Program-made: the position numbers and the translations under genes
The notes under the pieces: generated by a model
The model's database searches: none
The model's input: only the letters and a program-made list of their open reading frames with translations
Told to the model about the DNA's origin: nothing
Shown here: positions 1-11,441 of the stretch, piece by piece
Position numbering within the stretch: position 1 is the first letter of the stretch
Layout of the letters: every line of letters begins with the position of its first letter
NCBI GenBank assembly: GCA_964247055.1
Contig: OZ176052.1
Coordinates: 11,532,001 to 11,596,000, forward strand
Origin: Paragordius varius
Lineage: Eukaryota; Animalia; Nematomorpha
Reading direction: 5' to 3'
Length of the DNA stretch: 64,000 bases

Positions 1-162
1 TTTTTCGAAACATTAAAAAACAAGGATAAGATTTGAAACCTTCGCATTAAATCCTAATCAATATATTTGGGAAAATCAAGAAATATATCAAAAAGTTTTT
101 CTAATAATTTATAATAAATAGGGCTAATTATAATAAATAATTAACGAGAATAAAAATATTAC

Positions 163-3100
163 ATCTAAAACAGATTTTATGCCAGGCGATAATTTCTTTG
201 ACACCAATTTAACCTTGTAAGCTTCAATGTAACGTTTAACTAACTCTCTATGAGCCGATATATGTTTCCAAGACCATTGTCTTAAACGAGGTTGAACTAT
301 TCCCTCCAAAACACATTTAATTGCAAATTTCCACCTTAAATTTATATCAAAATAAAAAATTTTAAATTGAGTATTTTTTGAAAAATAAAAATATAATATG
401 ATATACCATTCAGCATAATGGTCTTTGTAGGTTTGAAGATGTGGTCGGTATTTTCTATATTTCGATTTAAGATTCAGTGTTTCGATACTTTCCAACAATT
501 CAAGGATATCATGATACTGGAAAAAAAAACAAATAATTTATTGAGAAATATATCAACGCTGTAGAAAATAAAATTTTAATTTTCTATATACTAATAAGAT
601 TAATAACAGTTTGAAAACAAAAATCAAAAGTAAGAAGAAACAAAACAATAATCTTTATTTATGGACTTTAATCAAACCACACTTTAAAGCAGGGGCGTCC
701 AACACAAATGAGCCGCATTTTTGACTTAAAAAATCTGGCGGGCTGGAAATATATATGGTAAGTTATATTTAATTTATTATATTTCAAACATAAGACTATA
801 AAATGCAACGTAATAATGCATTTTTTTCTAATTCTTGCCATTGGATAGATTCATTTAAAGTTTAAAAAATATTGATATTAATAAGATTTGAAGCATAATT
901 TTGCGAACTATGAATTTCAGAATTTTTCGCGGGCCGCACATAAGGTCTCGGAGGTCCGCATGTTGAAGACCCCTGCTTTAAAGATACCATTAATAGGTCA
1001 ATTATAAAATATTGTTTGATATAGGGCTAAAATTTCGAATTTCTAATTTCAAAGATTTCAAAATAATTAAATAAGATGTAAGTATTTTAGAGTAATTCGG
1101 GTAAATATCCATTTAAATTTTAATAAAAACTAATCTATAACGATAATAATTATCTGAACTTTTTAAATAAAGGTCATAAATTTATATGTATACCTGATCC
1201 TGAGATATGGCAAAAGATATAGATTGTATAATGAGGTTAAATAACACTTTAGGCGTGGTAAAATTAGTTCCATCCAATTCGGGTTTCGGGTTTAGTCTTA
1301 GCTGAGCCAACGATGTTAAAGGCAACAAAATATAATTGTAACCAGGGGGATATATTTTTTCAGTGTTGTGATTACCTATTGGGGTTGATAGCCCTGAATT
1401 TTTTTGCAGATAATATTTAATAAAAAATATGGGATGTTTTTTGTAATTTTCATATAGGAATAAAAACTAATGGCTCAGTACAATGGAAAAGACGTCAAAT
1501 GACTTATTTTAAAATATACAGTATTAGTCAGATCTAAAACGATAGAAAAAAGTGTACCGCCATTTGATGGCGAATCCTCATACAAATAATGATGAGGATG
1601 ATTAATATTAGGAAAAAAATATTTTAAAGTATATGGATTTTGGTAGCGAAATTGAGAGAATTAAGCATTATATTTTATAAAATTTATTTAAAATTAAGCT
1701 AAAATGTGTATATAATAAAGATTATTATTATTATTATTATATATGCATTTGAGCTTATTTTTAATTAAATATGGTTATGTTCCAATTTAAATATAAGTAT
1801 ATAAAATTTGAAAAAGTGTTTTAAATTTAATTTATATAGAACTACAATTATAAAATAATAAATTAAAAAAGAAAGAGTAAAAATTAAAATTATAAGGACA
1901 ATATAGTAAACAAACATCTATTTCTTATATAGCTATTCAAAATGATAGATATCGCTTAAAAAATCCATCTTTTAAAGTATATGGTTTTCTTCACAAAAAA
2001 ATGGTTTACATATTAATTTTGTTTTTATAATTTTGTTATTTTTACTATTTATACCCCCTAAATAATGAAAAACAAACCATTATTTAAAGCGTTATCTGAC
2101 GTTTGATTTTGAGGAGATTCCGTTAAAGAGCTAAACGAGGAATTTAAACGAGAACGGGCAATACCAGCCAAAAAGCGATCCATTAATTCACCCTTATCGG
2201 TAAGGTTCAAAAAAGTTCCATCTAACCCCAAACTACTATTCCAATATATGGCAAGCGAGTCTAAACGGACAATCTAATTAACAATATGACATGTTAATAC
2301 AATAGTGGAAAACTAAACCCGTACTTGAAAATCAAAAATTTGTGTGATGACTTTAAAGTTACATATTTATCGCGTTAAAAGTAAAATAATCCATATAGAT
2401 TATAAATGGTTTGAAAAAAGAATACGTTAATTACATATAAATCAATAATTTAGATAAACTTTGTGGTTTTTACAAATGATAAAAAGTTTCTAAAGATTTA
2501 ACATTATAATCAATCTTAAATATTTTGTGTAGACAAATTTGATTAATATATAGCAAGCTACACCAAGTTTAAATAAATAAAAAAATATTATCGAAAAAAT
2601 GCAGAATACAAATATATTTAATTTTATATTATGCCACAAAATCATGTTAAAATGCCAAAATAATAGATATTACGGTATATTTAATTGAAATATTAAAATA
2701 TAAAATAAATTTGAATTGATACCTTAAAAATAAATTTGATTGCATCCGTTACGGTGCGTGGTTTCCAATTTTCATCTGTTGTCTAATATATACAAAATAT
2801 GATTTAAATAAAATTATCATTTCAAAATAAATAAATATATTTCGTATAATAAATATGAGTACATCAAAAGACAAAAAGTTTAGAGTCACGCCAAACGCAA
2901 ACGGTTTTTGGATGTTAGAATACGAATCCTCATATCTAATGTGTATTCCAGTAATTTTTATTTGTAAATTTTTAATGATTTGTGAAACAAGTTTTTCAAC
3001 AAATGTATCCGATTTCTTCGCATCAGCTAAATCTAACATTTTAAAAAATATTTATAAAATCAAAAGTTGGTGTAATTTTTTTGAAATAAATAAATCAACT

Positions 3101-3559
3101 TTTATTCTCTTCCGTTTTTTTCTTGGCCTCTTCAATTTTTTCCAATTCTTTTTGCTTTACATCTTGCAAATATTTTTCTTCTGCCTTTTCATCGTATTTT
3201 ATTACTAAAAATAATTAAAACAAATATACCAGAATTAGGGAGTAATAAAACAAACAAATTTTCCACAGTAGCTATTACCGGAGCGGCATACAAATTTTTC
3301 CATGGTATCTTAAGCGTTAATTTACCTTTGAAAGTAAATACAATATATACCTAAATGTCCCCAATATAATTTTATAGGTAAATTTAAATCAGATATCGCC
3401 GTATTTTTAATGGTTAAATTTGTCAAAACAACATCACCTAAAATTAAATAATAAACAACCTCCCCAAATACCAATATTTAACTGTTTGGTATCTAAATTT
3501 TCGATGTAACTTCCCAAAAATCTATTTAAAACTTCAGTGACTAGCGTTTCAAAAACCAT
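163..3559 (-). CDS. VPS13: VPS13A/C-type lipid transfer protein, N-terminal chorein region (5' part only; gene continues beyond window start)
   Basis: Exons on the minus strand: 3559-3460, 3437-3351, 3325-3230, 3204-3100, 3032-2863, 2782-2723, 2273-2078, 1375-1194, 516-407, 334-163. All junctions are GT-AG and phase-compatible (1278 nt, 426 codons). Translation [41 protein letters not shown]...LKIPWKNLY...IKYD...[28 protein letters not shown]...[10 protein letters not shown] matches the well-known VPS13A/C N-terminus. The next exon was not confidently located. Confidence 0.96.
690..975. mobile_element. hAT-type MITE in a VPS13 intron
   Basis: Terminal inverted repeats CAGGGGCGTCCAACA / TGTTGAAGACCCCTG, flanked by a perfect 8-bp TSD CTTTAAAG (682-689, 976-983), with subterminal GCGGGCCGC motifs. 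Confidence 0.9.
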
Positions 3560-3817
3560 ATGTTCACAATTTGCATATGATTGTAGGCTACATTCACAAA
3601 AATTAAATTAGAGCCTCTAAATCCCTTTTACACAAAAATAGTATGATAACTAATATTTTAAATTATTTTATTTGGGTTCAAAACCATTATATTAAAATAT
3701 TTTATCAAAAAAATAGATAAAGTATAATATTTTGCCTTAATACGCCAATCTTAAAAAACAAAAAATTAAAGGTTTTCATCGAAAGTTTGCTACTCAATAA
3801 TTTTAATGTGTAATAAT

Positions 3818-4621
3818 CAGGGCTTGGAACCGTAACCGGGTCTGTTCCTGAATAAGTAGAACCGATGGGTGGGTTCCTTAAAAATTTAGCGGTTCCGGAA
3901 CCGATTCTATTTTCGGTTCTGACTTTTGATTAAATGATTTTCTTACAAAATATATATTATAATAATAATACAACCAACATATTATAAATCACACAATTTA
4001 TTATAAATTGCTAAATATATACTGAAAAAAATATAGTTTAGCATTATAAATGAAACAAAAATGTATAAGTACAAAGGTATATAATGAGTGTTAAATTAAG
4101 TATGGCATCTAAAAAAATATTTAACTTTAAAAAATTATTGCACCAAGCAATTCGTTGGTAAACTGCTTCTCATCTGAAAATATAAAACTAAGGGTGAAAA
4201 CATTCCTTTCATGAGACCTATATATACGAATATATGTATTATAAATAACCTTGAGTTATGACTATTAGTTTTTTTAGAACAGCCGAATCGCCCAAAATTC
4301 AGCGAGTATCGCTAATATAATATTAGGCGCTTAGCTTTAGGTTTGAACTTTTAAGTATGTTATTTGTAGTGGTAAAATTGAAATTTAAATAATAAAAATC
4401 ATATGGTAACCAGTAATTAAGGGGGTGGAACCGGAACCGGGTTGGTTTCTTAAAATTTATAGATAGAACCGGGGTGGTTCCTAAAATATTGGAATCGGTA
4501 CCGGGGTGATTCCCGGGGAAGTGGAACCGGAACCGCGTTGGTTCCATCCCAATGGAACCGGTTATTGTTAAAATCACAGGAACCGAGTTCCGGTTCTATG
4601 CGGTTCCGGTTCCAAGCCCTG
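3818..4621. mobile_element. hAT-type MITE with GGAACCG subterminal repeat arrays
   Basis: TIRs CAGGGCTTGGAACCG / CGGTTCCAAGCCCTG and a perfect 8-bp TSD GTAATAAT (3810-3817, 4622-4629). The ORF 4323-4577 is only a by-product of these repeats. Confidence 0.92.
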
Positions 4622-5974
4622 GTAATAATGTATTAAGTTCTTTATTAAATATTGCCATGAGCATTTATCACAAAGAAAAATATTATTGGTTTAAGTTGAT
4701 TTTTAATTTTTTTGCTATTGGGCTATAATAATTATGTTTTCTGTAAATATCAATATTTATTACACTAATTACTGTTTCTAATGCATATGGAAAAAGTGCT
4801 CTCAAGCTAAAAACGCATTTTGTATTAATAACACAAATCTAAGTGTAAACTCTATATAGATTAGGTGTTCAGTATAGAAGTCATTAAAAAATTTAATTAG
4901 ATATTCATTTTAATATACAAGACAATACTTCTCAAATTAACGTTTTACTGCACTATATTCCGAAAATAGGCAGAAATTTTAAGCTAATAAAAGGTATGAG
5001 AGAAAATTTAACATTTTGAGAGCATAAGCTGATAATTCTCAAACCTAACCGTAGAAGCTGGCAAAATTACGATTACGAAATATCAACAAATCGATTTCCA
5101 CCTAATCTATAGTAACAACAATAAAAGGCTTCTCAGCAAGATAATCTCATCTTTGGTATAGGTATAGTATCAATAGGTCTTTTAACTTTTTTTTGTTTTT
5201 AAAATTCGAACCTTGAATTCCTTGCATTATTATACTTTGACCGTGTTTACTTAAAATATATGCGTGAAACCAATAAGTTGGAAAAATAAGAAAAAATGCA
5301 ATTTAATAGGAAGTCCACATTGAAACAAATATAACAAATGGACATCAATTAATATTTTATTTCAATCATGTTGAAGAATGTCGCCCAGTATATATCTTTT
5401 TAATTTTTCATTATTCTATTGGCAAAATTTGGAATATATTTAGATTTTCTTTAATCGAAAAATAAGGAAGTTGAGTTTATCTTAGATAGAAAAAATTTAA
5501 ATCTGGCTATCTTTACCGTTTTCTAACATAATAATTTTGGATGAGTATTAATTTATATCTATGAGATTCATTTTTACAAAATCAAATCTGAGTATTATTA
5601 AAAAAACATTAACATAACACTTTACCGAACTTAATATTGATAAACGAATTAAATATAATTTTGAAAGTATATTATAAAAAATTTATAATTTTATCAAGAT
5701 ATTTTCTTAGATTAGAAAATTTTGTATCTGCTGTGTTTTATTTCAAATTTTGGCGGTAAAAGTGTATCCGAATGTTTGACACGCCTTCTTTACAGTAAGC
5801 TCTATGCAATACCTTTTATTTTCAACAGGTAAATCAATGATGTCCATCATTTTTTTGATCAAATTATCAAACATTAAATTTATATTTTGATTGAATAAAC
5901 TTTTTAAATTTTTTAGGTTTCACATTTAGCTAACACTCGACAGCTGAGACAAACAGCTGATTTAACATTATTAA

Positions 5975-6488
5975 CACTTGGATACAACACACTCATTTTA
6001 GTTCTTCAACTCTAATTGGGGTAGTTGGATACCCCAGGCCTGTTTACAATCAAATACTTTAAAAAGTATGGAAGGAATCGAAACCATGGCAAAATTTTAC
6101 ACTTATATAACATTAATAAACTGAAATATATAAAAAATTTTATTCAAAAATACTTGATATTACTTATTTTAAGCTAAAACCGAAAGGTAAAAATTTCGTC
6201 AACGTGACATGTGTCAAATTGTAAAATTAAAAAATAATACAAAATACACCGCCTTTTCTATTTCTATCAATGTTAGATGTAATTTATATAAAAAATTAGC
6301 TTTGGTTTTACCCTTAAAATTAAATGAAGACGATATTTTGCAAAAATTTTGTAAAATAAAAATGGCGTCGAAGTAGTTTGAGATGAAAATTTTTTTCAAA
6401 ACAAAATTTTATTAAGATATTTTGGCATATTTATATAATTTTTATCACGATAGAAGCATAAATTTAAATTGGGACCGTTTCCTTCAGT
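5975..6488. mobile_element. piggyBac-like non-autonomous element, left part (relative of 10865-11441)
   Basis: Begins TTAA|CACTTGGATAC and is colinear with 10865-11375 for about 510 bp, then diverges. Right end not identified. Confidence 0.6.
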
Positions 6489-7239
6489 TTTAGCCATTTT
6501 GAAGCATGATAAAAACGTTAATGATTAATTATAAAAACACTTGTTTATAATTTGTTGATGCTGAAAAGTTCTGTCACCTCTCAATTGTCAATAATTCGCG
6601 CGTCTTCAAATTTCTGTCAATTTTTTTTACAAAGTTTCAAATAAAGGAACCAACTAAATTAAAATTTTACGGTAATAGAAATTTTAGATAGAAATAGTGT
6701 TTTATAATATAAAGCGTTTTCCGTTTGTATCATGTTTTAAAATAATCTGAAGTACGCTTCATCAAAATTTTGCTAAAATTTAATTTTTTCAACAAAGCAT
6801 GCATTGAAAATAATTTTTTGCTACCAAAATCCAGCATATATTAAAAAATTATCGCTTGGGGATTATACATCTTAAAAACACCTTATTTCAGTGGCTCTAA
6901 AATATGAGACTTTTGGAGTTTAAACCTAAAAATTCAAATTTTATATATTTTACCAATTAAATATGGTATATATGTGTTTTAATACTATTATTTGGGATAA
7001 ACATCAAGCTTAAATTAAAAAAATTTATTTACCAGAATGTAAGCTAACTTTGAGATTTTTCGATTTACCACAAAAGTGGTGATAATTTTTTTAAATTAAC
7101 TGTAATATTTAAAACAGCACCATAATTTTTTTTCCAGGTAATATGCCTCACAAGATATTTTCTCTGGTACCCTATTTTGACAGTTTCAAACTATTGCATA
7201 TGCCTAATAGTTTTATTTTGATTCATTCATTACAAAGAA

Positions 7240-8424
7240 ATGACAGATAATAAACCTCCACCCTACACTGTCCAACCAAGTGCACCGGGATTTAACGTTC
7301 CTATCCAATTTCCAGGCAATTCATTTCCAATACAAAATCAACCATATTATCCTCAACAACAAGGATATATGTACCCTCAAGGGGTCCAACAACCTCAACC
7401 ATGTAATATACTTTTAAATATATTTATAAATGTATATCATATATAATATTTTTTTAATAGATATGGCACCACAACCGCAATATGGCCAACCAGCCTACGC
7501 TTATACAGGCCAAGTTTACCAAATGTAAGCAATATTATAAGTTAAAAATTTGTGAAATGGCTAATTTGGAGCATGATTTTAGAAGTATTACAGGTTTTTC
7601 GATAAAACAAATCATATTAAATAGCTTTAGTCATTACCCTAACCCATAATAAAAGCATCTTTAATTGATTTCATTGGCATGGGTATTCTTAGTTTTTACG
7701 ATACAATTGTGAAGATTTTGTAACTTTAATTTTTACCTTTTTTAAGCCATTATTTTAGCTCTTTGGAATAATTTTGAATGTATTTATAATATTAAATTTA
7801 GTTTTTAAAAAATAAGAATCATGAGAAATATAAGCTCTGTAATACTAAAATTTAAACTCGACGTACTACTCTTAACATTAAAAATACGGGTATTATTTTA
7901 ACAAATATATACATCTCTTTTTTGCTATAATCTAATTTGTTCAAAACAATTTTATATTTATCCTCATTGATGAATAACGAAACAGATTAATAATTTGTTA
8001 ACATTGTCACCAAAAACAATATTTAATTGGTTGTTAATTTGATTTTATCATGTATTGACAATTTTATACATTTTCATTTAAAAATAGTTGCAAACTAACA
8101 ATCGAAATTATACAGGCAAAACCTAAAAACATAAGGACAAATTTTTTTTCAATAAACCATACCTTTTTAAATTTATCATGTAAAATAATACATATAAAAC
8201 CCTTAAATTTATTTTCTGTTGTTACGTTTTGACCGTATAATTTCCCCATTACTGTATTATTCTATAAGCATATGTGTTTTCGAAAGAATATACAATACAT
8301 ACAACAAAAATTATTTTTGGTTAGAGATGAAACCAAACAAGATGACACCGGATGTCGGAATTGCTGGTTATACACTTTGTGTGCCACTTGTCTTTGTTGC
8401 TGTTGCTGTCGGAGTTGTTGTTAA
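7240..8424 (+). CDS. CYSTM1: CYSTM-family (Pro/Gln/Tyr-rich, cysteine-rich tail-anchored) protein, paralog 1, about 108 aa
   Basis: Exons 7240-7402, 7461-7524, 8325-8424 (GT-AG, phases 1 and 2). Product MTDNKPPPYTVQPSAPG...GQVYQIDETKQDDTGCRNCWLYTLCATCLCCCCCRSCC* has the CYSTM1 architecture: N-terminal PPPY, PQY-rich linker, VY..acidic..G then C-x-x-LCCCC. Confidence 0.8.
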
Positions 8425-8725
8425 CACTTAACACATTCTACATTCCCTTACAACATGCAAATTTTATAACTACTAATTAATTTTTATAACGCTATATTTA
8501 TTATATATATATTAAAAGTTGCATTATGTGTGCAAAAAGTAAATATCTGTGACAAAAACTCCTCTATTTTATATATTTTATGGTCCGATTCTTGTTTTTT
8601 ATATCCAATATTTATATGAAATAAAACACAACTATTTTTATCCAATATTTTTTTACAAAACAACTCGACTATCAACAAAATTTATTACACATTTACAATA
8701 TTTTCATCTAGACAGGCAATAGTAC

Positions 8726-10822
8726 TTAATTTGAAACAGCTTCAACAATTTCGTCTAAAAACTGGGTCACATTAACATCATCTTTATCTTGATCATCTTT
8801 CATTATATTATTATTTAAGAGTGGTTTATTTGGCATTTCGTCAAAATTTTCTTGCAATAATTTATAGGTAAATTCGTTTTTGGGCTTTGATATGGATTCT
8901 GAATTATTTATTGCAGATTTATTATCATAATTATTTGCATCGTTAGGTAGACTATTATTTGGAGGGAGATTTGAGTTAAAGGGTAGGGGAGGTGGAAGAA
9001 ACATAAAATAGGGCAACATTGCTGGTGGCATCATTACATTATAATTTGGGGGCGGTATTGCATATTGGGTTGACATTGGTGATATAAATGGAAGCGTTGG
9101 TTGTCCTACGAAAATTAATATTTTTGATTTGATAACGATAAAATAATTTTCCTTAAAACAATAAATCAAGGCCTTACAAACAAAAAAACATTATAATTAG
9201 ATTAAAGTTAACACAAAAGTTTTAAAATACAATTATTATTGAAAGGCATAACGTGAAGAATTTTTAGGCAGACAAAGCCTCAATTCTATCAAAAAAACAT
9301 AAAAAATCATTGATATTTAAAATGCGTTTTTATCATGTTATTATAATTATTGCACATAAATTAAAAAAATATTAATTTTATGCGATTAATAATGAATAGT
9401 AAAGAACAGGAGTAATTAGAAAAATAATCAGAGTTAGGTATTCGATATAGTTTCATTACATTATGATATCTAAAATTAACTATGCTTAAAAAGGGCACAT
9501 AATTTGTTTAAATACCTTGTGTCGTGCTTAACGTTGAATTCTTGACAAGAGCAGAAACATTGGGAATGCTCTTACCTTCAATCAAATTGGTAATCATTTT
9601 GTTGATGCCATCTTTCGAAACTAAATTTTCTGAAAATTGGCGTTTTCTTTGCACTTTGGTAGATGCTTTAAGTCCTGTATGTTCAGCGCTATTTGTAAGA
9701 ACACCATTATAAAATGTGCGCAATGAATTAAAAAAATTATTCAGAACAATTTGGAAAGTTATAAGATAACTTTAAGTAAGCAATTTCAAAGGATAATGCA
9801 AAAGAGTTAAACATTGTAAAAATTCATTCAATGATAAATATTATTTATTTCAAAGGTTTTTACTATATTTAATCAAATAATCATACCGTTTATTTTTTAA
9901 TTGTTTTTTATGCAGACGTTCGGTTTCATCATCGCTGAAATCCAAAAAATTATCAGGCGGTTCCGTATTATCTCGCCAAGATGCGTCTGAACCTTTAACT
10001 CTACAATAATATAAAAAATTGTGATAAAATATTTTAGTCAAACTTTGAGAAATACGGGCCAAAATAAAAAACGCATCTTTATAATAATCATTAAATTTAG
10101 TAAAAAAATTATCTTTTTAAAAAAGGTTTTGTACAAAAAATTTAAAAAAATTATTTTTATAAAAAAAAATTCAAGGACATAATTGTATGCTTACTGCTGA
10201 AACTGAGCTGGGAAAAGGAAATGAGAAAATTCTTTAACGAATGGTGCATAGTATGCGGTTTCTTTGATGAATGTTTTTTCAAAAATGTCATTATTCTGAA
10301 CTATTAAATTAAAATACATATAAACCTAATACGACGTAAAAAGGTGACTTAATAGGGCCAAATATTTCGATGATGGGGCCTAATAAATATCGATCCGAAT
10401 TAAAAAGTAAGGATCCTTCCTCAAGTGCAGGTTTATCCTCAAATGAATTGATAACAATGGTGTTTTTATCAATCAACGATTGAACATATCCAAATTCTGT
10501 CATATATACAGCTTCGATTGGTTTGTCAGAAACGGGGATTTCATTACAAACCTCTTTAATAATTTCATTAAAATCTTTGTACATCTCATCAAATAAATCC
10601 TAAAAATAGATATGAAACTAAAACCAAATTCGGTCCTGTATCTTCATCTAAAATAACTTCAGAAAAGGATTTTTCATTCTCAATATCTTCACCAAAACTA
10701 TCATCACTGCTCAATTCTCCGACTCTAAAGTCTCCGGTAAGATGCATAACCTGTTCTATTATATCTTCGAGCACAAGGAGACACTCATCTTCGATGGAAA
10801 AATCTTCGAAATCTTCATCCAT
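8726..10822 (-). CDS. NAF1: H/ACA RNP assembly factor NAF1, about 441 aa
   Basis: Exons 10822-10625, 10599-10326, 10300-10195, 10000-9887, 9769-9516, 9105-8726 (1326 nt, in frame). Acidic N-terminus, Gar1/Naf1 domain (IIEIFGPIKSPFYV...KETAYYAP), the NAF1 signature KGSDASWRDNTEPPDNFLDFSDDE, and a Pro-rich C-terminal region. Exon 5 boundaries are least certain. Confidence 0.92.
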
Positions 10823-10864
10823 CTCAGTAACCACAGTGTGTACGGTGAAGCATGGTTATTTTAA

Positions 10865-11441
10865 CACTTGGATACAACAGATTCATTTTAGTCCTTCGAT
10901 TCAAATTGGGGTATTTAAATACCCCAGGCCTATTTAAAATTAAATTCTTTAAAAAATATGGAAGGAATCGAAGTCATGGCTAAATTGTGCACTTATATAA
11001 CATTAATAAACCGATATACATAAAAAAAATTATTTAAAAATACTTGATGTTACTTATTTTTAGCTAAAATCGAGAGGTAGAAATTTCGTGAACGTGACAT
11101 GTGTGGAATGGTAAAATTGTAAAATACTACGGAATATCTTTTTCTATTTATATCAATGTTAGATGTAATTTAAATAAAAAAATAGCTTTAATTTTACCCT
11201 TAAAATTAAATGAGGACGATATTTTGCAAAAATTTTGTAAAAAAAAATGGCGTCGAAGTAGTTTGACATGAAACTTTTTTTTCAAAATAAAAATTTATTT
11301 AGATATTTTGGCATATTTATATAATTTTTATTAGGATATAAGCTCAAATTTAAATTGGGACCGTTTCCTTCAGTAGTTTTTGAAAAATCCTAACTCAAAT
11401 TTAGTCTGGGGTATTTAGATACCCCAAATTGAATCGAAGTG
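10865..11441. mobile_element. piggyBac-like MITE immediately upstream of NAF1
   Basis: TTAA on both sides (10861-10864, 11442-11445). Termini CACTTGGATAC / GAATCGAAGTG, plus internal inverted GGGGTATT(T)A.ATACCCC motifs at both ends. Confidence 0.75.

Noticed and set aside
1-162. Next VPS13 exon (EKLFDIF-like peptide near 100-60)
   Set aside because: No phase-0 acceptor gives a convincing open frame, so the exon was left uncalled.
2058-2077. Possible 20-nt intron GTTTGTTTTTCATTATTTAG in VPS13
   Set aside because: The downstream frame is non-homologous and hits a stop, while the acceptor at 1376 restores the VPS13 alignment.
2855-3208. Plus-strand 117-aa ORF
   Set aside because: Antisense shadow of VPS13 exons 4-5.
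4323-4577. 84-aa ORF with repeated PTRFRFH
   Set aside because: Translation of the MITE GGAACCG subterminal repeats.
4657-5203. Possible small micro-intron gene (signal-like ISIFITLITVSNA and C-terminal LIFGIGIVSIGLLTFF)
   Set aside because: No consistent ATG-to-stop splice path without non-canonical acceptors or frameshifts, and no homology recognised.
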